Shown piece after piece: positions 53,749 through 64,000 of a DNA stretch of 64,000 nucleotides. Under the pieces are notes generated by a model. That model was not told where the DNA came from, ran no database searches, and saw only the letters and a list, made by a program, of their open reading frames with translations. A program made the translations under genes and the position numbers. This DNA is from Octopus sinensis (lineage: Eukaryota), in the NCBI RefSeq assembly GCF_006345805.1, contig NC_043001.1, positions 23,002,001-23,066,000 on the forward strand, in the 5' to 3' direction. Position 1 is the first letter of the stretch, and every line of letters starts with the position of its first letter.

Positions 53749-55223
53749 CTATAAAAAGTGGAACAGAGGACAAAAGGTTGTTCATAAAATTAGTTGAGAT
53801 TATATTGGTTTCAAATTTTGGCACAAAGCCAGCAATTTCAGGGAAGGTGGGTAAGTTGATTACATTGACCCCCAGCAACTCAACTGGTACTTATTTTATT
53901 GTTCTTGCAAGGATGAAAGGCAAAGTTGACCTCGGCAGAATTTGAACTCAGAATGTAGAGGCGGACAAAATAGTGCTATGCATTTTGCCCGGCGTGCAAA
54001 CGATTCTGCCAACTCACCACCTTAAATTGGGATTATATTAACTACACATTGGACAAACCAATTATAGACACTTTATAAAATACTTTTTATTTTTTTGTAT
54101 GTAGTAGTTGTGTTTAAAAGATCTGAATAGAATAGAAGGCTGGAAAACAAACAAGTTAGGAAACACAAGATGCAAATCTTGCCTCAAGGAAAGATACTTT
54201 GTCAAAGGGAAAGGATTTGGGGCAAAAATAGAAGAGTTGAAACAGCGTATCGTAGCACAAGCAGTTGTGTTTAAAAAGTGTTAGAAGAAAAGTTTGGTTT
54301 GATGTTTCCAAATGTGTCAGAGCTAATATTAAAAAACTACTGCCAACCAAACATCATTAAACATTATGAATACAACATTAGACAACAGACAATACCACCT
54401 CTCTACTACAAACTATTATATTAGCAAAATCACAAGCTAGGGAGAGTATATTACTAACAGTAGTTGCTAAAAATTTTACATGAAGATAAATAATTTGAAG
54501 ATTATGGCATAAAAGGAAAACACTCTAGATTCATGTTATAAGTTTTAGCAATATTAACTACTGTATTTTCCAGCCTAAGAGCACATACACTACTGGTTAG
54601 GGTGTTACATTCAGGATTGTGAGATTGAGGTTTCAATTCTTAGACCATGTTGTGCATTGTTGTCTTGAGCAAAACACGTCATCTCACGTTGTTCTGCGAT
54701 CACTTCAACACCTGACATGAGCCTTGATTTGTTGAAAGGAGTGAGCTAATGTACAACACATACATTAGATCACTATAAACAAATCAGCTGTGCAGTTTGT
54801 TTAGCAAAAAAGCTGAACATTCATACATCATCTTTGGCAGGAGAGCCTATCATTTTCCAGTACAAAAGTTAATGTTGTATATTGTGTAAACACATAGTGT
54901 AAACATTTCATCCTGCTACATTTTGCATAGAACTTTTGGTCCTCAAAACTTGTCCAGTATAAGTTGACCTTTTTTTTTGGCTGTAACTTTTGGGTTGAAA
55001 ATTCAACTTGTATACTAGAAAATATAATATGCTAATATTGCTAGAACTTTCAATTTTATGTGCAAACTTTTATCCAGGATATCAATAATGTTCGTAAAGC
55101 ACTCCGTACAAAGAAGGAAACTGTGTCATCTATCAACATATAAATAACAGAAACTAATTGACATGTCAAAACTAGCATATTTCATACAGATGCAAGTAAT
55201 AAGAAAGCAAAAAAAAAATCTAC

Positions 55224-55445
55224 CTGTTTAGGAAGAATTCCAGTGTTCAGTATCACATCAACAGCTTTTTTATAAGCTGTATGGTAATAAGGATTTTCCT
55301 TGACTGGGATTTGTACGTCTATAAAAATATTCTTCCCTGTCAAGTTTGCTAAGTCAATCAATTCTTCCAAAGACATAATGGTTTGGTTATTGTAGATTTC
55401 CTTTGTTTTGTCAGTAAGAGATCCAACAACATCCATTGGATCTTC
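55224..55445 (-). CDS. GDPD5: GDPD5-family exon (EDPMDVVGSL...IMSLEELIDLA...TGILPKQ)
   Basis: 222 nt, ATTAG acceptor, CAG|GTAGAT donor, phase 0/0. Confidence 0.9.
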
Positions 55446-56186
55446 CTAATATGCAGACAAATATATATAAGAAAGCAAGATCAGCAGAGAAAACTTGAGA
55501 AAGAAAATTATCATATAAAATATGAATCTGTTTAGTAAAATTCTTGGCTTTGGGAAGGATTAACTGGTAGAAATTTAAGATTGAGAATGTAATGAATATC
55601 ATGAAGTAAGCATTATCATTAAGCATTATTCATTTGTTTAGTTGTTTATTTTATATTTGGTTTTCTAAACTGGCTTAGGTTAGACATGTACTTATTTGAG
55701 ACAGTATTTTATATTCGAATGCCTTTCTTGTCACCAACCTTTAATTATATTACAAGTACAGGTGTTATTTTTATATTTCACTACTTCCAAAATTCAAAGT
55801 TATGAGACTTAATGTAAGCACAACACCATATCATTATTCATTTTAATGTTGTTGTTATTATTATAATTAATCAGTTTAGATAATCTCATGCAAAGAAGTG
55901 GAAATAACAACTACCCACACATACAAATATGTACAAATACTCACACACACACACACACACACACGCGGGTGCGCACTCACACACATACACACATGCTCTC
56001 ACACACACATACACACACGCTCTCACACACACACACACATGCTCACACACACACACGCTCACACACACACACTCTCTCTATATATATATATATATACTTT
56101 TGCTGCTTAAAATAAAGCATATTACTCTACCACTGGTATTTGAGTACTCTTTTTTCCACCTTGTTTCACATTTATGTGTTTACTCC

Positions 56187-56235
<49 letters not shown>

Positions 56236-58109
56236 CTCTCTCTCTCACACACACACACACACATGCACACAGGTTTAGAAATAGTTTCTGTTTATAAAAT
56301 AAATGGATAATACTTAATCCTGTTAGCATTCAGATTACACTGTCAAATATAGTCCTTCCTACTAAAGGTACAAGGCCTGAAATCTTGTTGGGGCAGGACT
56401 AGATTAAATTAACCCCAATGCTAAACTGATTGAGTATTTCATCAACCCCAAAAGGATGAATGACACAGTTGACTCATTTTACTAAACAAACTCAGATTCT
56501 AAATGATAGTTTGAACTCAGAATGTAAAGCCAGAAGAAATGCTGCTAAGCCTTTTGTCCAGTATGCTGATGATTCTGTCAGCTCACCACCTTATTCTGTC
56601 AAATATAATGCTTATTTGCATTGATTTGAATTAATCGTGCATTATTTTGCAACTTTTAAAAATATAACTTATCTATGGAATGACATTGTAAGGTAGATGT
56701 GAGAGGCAGGATCTGGCCTGTTTGAGCATAAAAGATGTAGAATATTTGGGCCAGATATGGCCTGTTTAAATATTAAGGATATCATACCATAAAGAGTGTA
56801 GAACATATGAAATAAATTTAGAACAGACAGCAAAAATGCTGGAAAAAAATCTAGCAGTAAGATTAAAATAAAGCTAAATAACACACTCAAAATTCAACAT
56901 AACAGAGACATGAGATACCATCCACACTTTTTCCAAACTCTATTATTAGCTGCTAAGCTGGGAAAGTATTGATTTTTAATCATGCTTTGACTGTGGTATA
57001 ACAAATTGCTGGTATCAAAACTAAAAGTGAGCCATATCTATTATTATTTATAAATTTCAGTAAGTTTAGCATGATTAAAGAAAACGTAACAGGCAATATT
57101 TAATCATATAACTGGTTTAAACGAATAAAAAGTACCAACAAGTAGATGTTGTAAGGTGTCTAGTAAATATACAATAGTCACAGAGTCTCTTTCTCACTCC
57201 CCTATATGCTTTTCTCTTTCTTTTCTTCTGATGAAGGACTATTGTCCAAAACATTAAGACATTCTCTCTTTTCATTGAAGCATTAGGCTAACACTGCATT
57301 TGTTAAAATTTGTTCCTCTTGCATTTTCATTTTTATTGTTCACTGTGTGTATGTATATGATTTTTCTTTGAGCCTTATTCATTTTCTTCTTAAGAGAGTT
57401 CAAGCTCGTTACTAACAAAGCAACAAGACTTTTTAGTCAAAAGAGTTTCCAGTGTTTGAAAATATGAGGTTGAGGTGTGCATCTGTTCTCCTAAAGAATC
57501 TCAAATGTCTTACATTCCAATCTGAGAATGTCTTACAAATCTTCACTGTGCCATTAACAGATTGGATTTGGAGAATCTGCACCAGTTTATTTAATCATTT
57601 ACAAGTGTGTGACTGAGGGTATGTGTGTGTGTGTGTATACATACATGCATACATACATACATACATACATACACACACACACATATATACACACATACAT
57701 ACAGTAGTGCTCTCAACTGGGGTCAATGTAAGACTTTATTGTTAAAATTTATGAGCAAAAAAATGCTTATACTTCTACAATAAACAAAATATTTTAGCAA
57801 TTTTTTTAATACAATTCCTAATAATATCTAATTATAGAAATATAATAGGATTTTAAGAACATCAAATGACTAGGAAACAGGTCAGGATTGGTGACAGGAA
57901 AGGCATCCAGCTGTAAAAATCTGCCTCAATAAACTCTTCCTAATCCATGCAAGCATGGAAAAGGGGATGTTTAAACCAAGATGATGATAATCATAAGAAA
58001 TTTGTATTTCTATATTTATGAATATTTTCAGAAAATTTTAGAACTAAATAAAACTTATTACAAAAATAATGTCCATACAAGAAACTTTAAATACTCTTAG
58101 ATAACTTAC

Positions 58110-58260
58110 CTTCAAAAACCAGCTTCCAGCATTGAGTTTCCGCAATTCATCAAATGTAAATGTAGAAGCATCATCATCCACTCGGTCGGGATATACTTCT
58201 TCAATATTGGTTGTTCGTCGTAATGTTTTGTCATGTAAAATAAACGGAATTCCATCTAAA
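58110..58260 (-). CDS. GDPD5: GDPD5-family catalytic exon ([20 protein letters not shown]...[12 protein letters not shown])
   Basis: 151 nt, CTTACAG acceptor, GTAAGT donor; classic GDPD DG.P...HD..L.RTT motif. Confidence 0.95.
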
Positions 58261-58859
58261 CTGTAAGAAAATATTTCAAATGACAATTGTATGATTATCT
58301 GTGGTCAAACTTCCTTACTATCACTTCTAACCACACACATACTATATTACAAGGGCCCCAGTTGATCTGATCAACAGAGCAGCCAGCTCATAGAATTAAC
58401 ATGCTAAGTGGCTGAGCACTACAGACATACGTTCCCTTAATGTACCTCTCAGGGAGATTAAGAGTAACACAGAATGAGGCAAAACTGGCCCTTTGAAATA
58501 CAAGTACAACTCATTTTTGCTAACCGAGTGGACTGGAGCAATGTGAAATAGAGTGTCTTGCTCAAGGACACAATGTGGCACCAGAAACCAAACTCACAGC
58601 CTTACAATCATGAGCCAAATATCCTAACCACTAAGCCATCTGCCTTCACTAAACCACACACACACACACAGAGTTATGGATAATAGATATTTTGATTGTT
58701 TATGGGTGGAGGTCTGGTTCTTCCACCACCATGTCATCATGGTTGTAAAATGAACTTCTAAGCCAATAATTACATGCTGGCATTTATACTCTTATGTAGT
58801 GCTTCAAGATGTTCTAAAAACAGAATATATATATATTATATATTGTCCCTTTCCCTCTA

Positions 58860-58904
<45 letters not shown>

Positions 58905-59296
58905 ATTCCATTGAATTAGGTACTTAAACATAGGCACCTTGCTATGACAGTATAATCCACACACAATATTAATTGGATATTGAATATCAAGACTCCATGC
59001 AGGGGTGCTTGTACCTGATATTCCTGCCATATGTGCATACAATGCAACCCAGCTAAGTGAAGATATCTGCTCCTGATATTCTGCCACAGATATGTCAAAA
59101 GAAACAATGTAAATATTTTTAGTTCCATTATTGATGTGAAATGCTTGTATCCATTATGTTTGAAATCTATGCAGTTATCTGACGGGAATGGTTTCTTTCA
59201 AATGATGTAATGTTTTCATTAATCAATTAAAGGAGTTACTTGAAATGGCTGTAATGAAGTGATACCAGGTGATACCTGTACATCTTTGTCACTCAC

Positions 59297-59336
<40 letters not shown>

Positions 59337-59337
59337 A

Positions 59338-59376
<39 letters not shown>

Positions 59377-60852
59377 TTAAGCTTATCTGTACAGATTATT
59401 TATAGAGTTCAGAGCTTCAGAGCCAGTACTAAAAGTTATGTTTTGTATATGAATATGTGTATGTAAACAATATGATTGAAGATAGAAAAACAGGTAATGA
59501 GTGTAGATGCATATTTCAAGAGTTATTGACCTTTCATCATCCATAAATAAACTGCTTAAATACCCACTAAGTTTAGGATATTTTTCTTTTATTTCATTTA
59601 TTTGTTTCAGGCATTTGACTGCGGCCATGCTGGAGTACCAACTTTAGGACTTATTCTTTGTAAGCCTAGTACTTATTCTATTAGTCTCTTTTGCTGAACC
59701 CTTAAGTTACGGGGATGTAAACACACCAACATTGGTTGTCAAGCAATATTACGGAGCCAAACACAGACACACAAACATACACACACACACACTTATATAT
59801 ACGACAGGCTTCTTTCAGCTTCTGTCTATCAAATCTACTCACAAGACTTTGCTTGGCCCAAGGCTATAGTAGAAGACACTGTGTAACACTACTGGATAGA
59901 CCAATTTACATATTAAACACATTCCTGGTAAATGGTGTGTAAATATTAATTGCTAGCAAGGTCACTGTATTTTGTTTTGCAGCCATAATATACTACCAAG
60001 TATATTAAAGGTTCCCAAGTCAATAATATCTTGCTTTTTGTTTTAACAGTGTGATGTTCTCATTTTTAATCTTATCTCTACAGATTTTCTATAGAGTTCA
60101 GAGCCACCACTGAAAGTTACAATGCTTTGTATACAAATACATTTACAAAAACAATGCAACCAAAGACAGAAAAATAGATAATGGTTGTATATGCATGTTT
60201 CAATGCATTTGTAGACAGTTGATGGTTTGGATGTGGTGGTAGTGGAAGAGCAATAACTCTTGAAATAGGATCACCAAGCTCTATCAAGAGAGTAACTGTA
60301 ATGTGTCCACGGGGATGGTATCTATGGTTCTGTAATCAACTATGATGCAAGCTCCCAATTCAAATTGATAATAATGGAACTGGATGGTGACAGAGAGTCA
60401 TTTTCTGTCACTAATTCTCACCTGTTTTTAAAGGGAGTTTTCATTGCACTTGTCTCTGAAAGCATAACTGTCAAATGATTTGTTTACAGGGAATTGGCAA
60501 CAGACAACAATGACTCTGGCTCAGCATATTTTCATTCAAGTGCAGAATGTAAACACACACACACACACAAACTTTGTACAGATTCCATGTATCAATTTAA
60601 CTAAGAAATCATTGGTTAATCCAGGACTATAATAAAAAACACTTGCACAAATTGCTGTACAGATGGACTGAACCCAAAACCATATGGTTGAGAAGTGAAC
60701 TTCTTGACCACATAGCTATTACTGCATCTTATTTAACCACAAATATTTCTAGTAGGGAAAACTGAATCACCAGTTATCAGCAATGGGTCATAACTGAGAA
60801 ATAACTTACAGAATTTATATTTCAAAATGTAGAAAGAAACAATGTAATTTAC

Positions 60853-60935
60853 CTTATTCGTACATCTGACTCAAATCCATAGACACTTTGGTTCGCAGCT
60901 AATTGGAATGCAACTAAAGTATTCTCAGGTGCAAC
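60853..60935 (-). CDS. GDPD5: GDPD5-family catalytic exon (VAPENTLVAFQLAANQSVYGFESDVRI-S)
   Basis: 83 nt, TTGCAAG acceptor, AG|GTAAAT donor; APENT and ExD metal-binding motifs. Upstream exons were not found in the window. Confidence 0.93.
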
Positions 60936-63900
60936 CTTGCAAGAAAATTTTTAAAATACAAAAGAACTGAATTTAAATTTGGTTAAATATAATCCAACAG
61001 TAACATATTGAGAGATTTCTAGCTAAAAAAATACTGTGTCTAATTTTAAAATATTGGTGAACTTTATTTATTACAATTTAATTACAAGGAAACAAGAAAC
61101 AGAAAAAGAAATATAAGATGGTGGGAGAGGAAGTAATGGGCCACACCCCCCAGAATAAATGGCATGTTCAGCTACATCCCACAGATATGACCACAATGGT
61201 ATTGCTGCAGAGAATGGCTAGTGACACTTGCTACAGCAGCCACTTCACCTTGTAGGGTTCATTCTCATACAGGCTACCATTATCTCAATTTTGCAGACAA
61301 AAACAGTAGTGCAGGATCTGAGAACAGCTGAGGTCTCAGCAGTGACCAACACAAACTGATAGCAGCCCATCAGACCCCTGTATTTATTGATTCGTCTTTC
61401 CTTTGCATTACAGACAATCTGTTGCTCCCCCACTCCATTTTCTGCTACTTTATTCCCATCCTACTTTTTCTTCTCCTGTTTTAAATTCAAGTGTTTTCTC
61501 TCATCTTCACTGATGAATATGGCCAAGAAATGCAGTACATTAAAATGGAATGTCAATCTTTTAAAAATATTATTATTATTACTATTATTATTTATTGTTA
61601 AGGCAGTGAGCTGGCAGAATTGTTGGCATTCCAAGGCTATAGTAGAAGGCACTTGCTCAAGGTGCCACACAGAGTGACTGATGTATACTTCTATCACATT
61701 TCAATCATTTTCCCATTTCTTCCTTCCTTTCCTTTATGTATTCTGTCCTTGTGATGTCCCCACTCATCTTATGTCCCTCTTGCTAATAAAAGAAATTAGT
61801 ATTATTATTATTATTATCATTGTTATTATTTACATAGGCTCAAAACTGGAAGTTTTGGAGAAGTACTCTATTCTATGAACCCTCAAAAAGATGGAAGGCA
61901 AAGTTCACTTCAGCTTTGAACTCAGGAGAAAATACCACAAAGCATTTATTCCAATATTTTGACGATTCTACCAAAACCACAACAACAATAATAATTATAT
62001 TCATTCCAACTCATTGCTTTGTTTCTCAGTTATATTTGTATTTGATAGAATAAAAGATGCACAGACATATTAGATGCATCCCAATTTCAGCAGTGCATGT
62101 TCAGGAAAAAGCAAGTATCAGGGACAAAATTAGCATATGGAAGGTTCAACTCCACATATAGGAGCAGGGGTGATTTTTTGAGACATCTTTTTGGAACACA
62201 ATGCATCTTATATTCCATCAAATATGGTACTTCTATTGACATGTATGATTTCAGACACATTCAAAGTTATCTCCCTTACTCACTCAACTAATAATATTTT
62301 ACTTTAGTCATGTGATCTGTAACGGAAAAAATCATGAAAATAATAGATTTATTACATATATTCAGTCAACACCTCTTTATAATTACATTATAATTACTTT
62401 ATAATTACATTTGGGTTAAACTATATATTATTATCATTATAAAGGCGGCAATCTGGCAGAATTGTTACCATGCCAAACAAAATACTTAGCAGCATTCCTT
62501 CTGGCTGTACATTCAGAGTTCAAATTCAGTTAAGGTCAACTGTATCTTTCATCCTTTTTGGGTCAATGAAAGAAGTACCAGTTGAGCATTGAGGTTGATG
62601 TAATGGACTGTCCCCACTCGCACAAAATTACAGGTCCGGTGCCTAGTAAAAAGGATTATTATTGTGGATGTTGCTCTTATTACTTCACTGTTTTCAATTT
62701 CCTGTTTACTCATAAAGTCTAGAAAGAAGGACAATACCCATGACCTTTGCAGCACCTTCAAGACCAGTGAGTTTCATGAAGCTAATTTTCTGTTTCTATT
62801 GTCTTCAAGGACAATGTCTGATTGTTTGTATCTCTATTTCTATGAGTATTGATGGAACATGTTACAGAGAATTGTGTAGTGATATTAATTGGTCACTGGT
62901 TCTCAGACATGCTTAATTAATAAAATATCAATGATTTTGATTTTCATTTCGTTGAGGAATTATACTGAGAAACCTAATTATCTAAGTTTACACATTTAGA
63001 TTTGGCCAATAATAAACATCAACTTTTACTGTATTGTAACCACAAGGCTTACATTTAAAGTTTCCACAGGTTTTAAAGACTGTATGCCTTGTGACCCTGG
63101 CTCAGTTTTGAGTTGTTAACATGTAACTTAGTTTCCTTGATAAGCACTTTTCACCACCACCACCACTACCATCATCACCATCATCATTTAATGTCAGTTT
63201 CCCATGCTGGCATGTGTTGGATGGCCTGACAGAATTGGCAAGGTTAGGGGCAACACCAGGTCCTATACCTTGCTTTTGGCTTTGTTTCTACAACTGGATG
63301 CCCTTCCTAATGCCAAACACTTTACAGAGTGCACTGGATACTTTTTATGTGGCACCAGCACCAGTGTTTTTTACATGATACCATTACTACTGTTTTTTCA
63401 CATGGAAGCATCACCACAGTTTTTTACATGGCACCATCACCTGTGCTTTTTATGTAGCACCAGTAAATTTTTACATGGCACTGTGGTTTTAGGATATCAA
63501 TTCTGTTATGGAGAATGGGTCTTCTAACCTACATGTGAGTTTCTTGTTCTAATGTTCTGAAAAATTGCCCATATATGGGCTTGTCAATCAGTACTTTCTT
63601 CATAAAAATTTGAATTGCTTTCTTCACTTGCAGTTTAATGAGGTTAATAGTAGTGTCACTACAGTAGGTGAGATGTCTCCTTTACAAAAGTTGAATTTGT
63701 AATGTCCTGGCTAATGTGGAAAAGGAACTGTTATTTCATTTCTAGATAACCACACTTCTTAGTGGATCTTTAACAACTAAAAAATATTTGCCTAGCTAGG
63801 ATTGGCACAGGCTACTGACTGGTTTCTTCATATTGTTATGACATGCTCGTGTTAATCAGAAAAAAACGTTTACTGCTCTTTGTAAACTAAATAGCTTGAG

Positions 63901-64000
63901 TTGTATTGTGTCAGATGTTGTTTGTAAGGCTGTAAAGTAATTATCATCAGTGTTGTGGTCATCACCATCATTGTTTTAATGTCCACATTTCAAAGCTAGC

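Noticed and set aside
57222-57265. CTGATGA followed by the hairpin GGAC-TATT-GTCC and AAAAC
   Set aside because: GAAA is mutated and no NUH triplet or stem I can be formed; at most a heavily decayed relic.

Overview
AT-rich, microsatellite- and transposon-dense eukaryotic genomic DNA. The SINE families look like those of Octopus, but that assignment is from recall and was not checked. No prokaryotic features are present. Two spliced genes can be rebuilt by hand. (1) The 3' seven coding exons of a minus-strand GDPD5/GDE2-family glycerophosphodiester phosphodiesterase lie at 44934-60935; all introns are GT-AG, phases are consistent, and the 1089 nt give 362 aa plus stop. Its 5' exons were not found in the window. 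(2) A plus-strand two-exon ORF (21390-21456 + 23460-23683) encodes a 96-aa protein I do not recognise. The rest is mobile-element debris: R4/Dong-type RLE LINEs in (TAA)n arrays, RTE and L1/Tx1 fragments, Penelope-like elements, DD37D and DD41D Tc1/mariner elements, a hAT transposase, MITEs and three SINE families. The most notable signals are an apparently intact type I hammerhead ribozyme (35369-35432) facing a second one on the other strand across a (TA)n array plus two decayed copies, the small orphan gene, a 5'-inverted RTE insertion, a near-perfect 305-bp palindrome, and a 1.9-kb tandem duplication that may be an assembly artefact. Most ORFs in the supplied track are microsatellite or TE noise. 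Boundaries of repeats are approximate.
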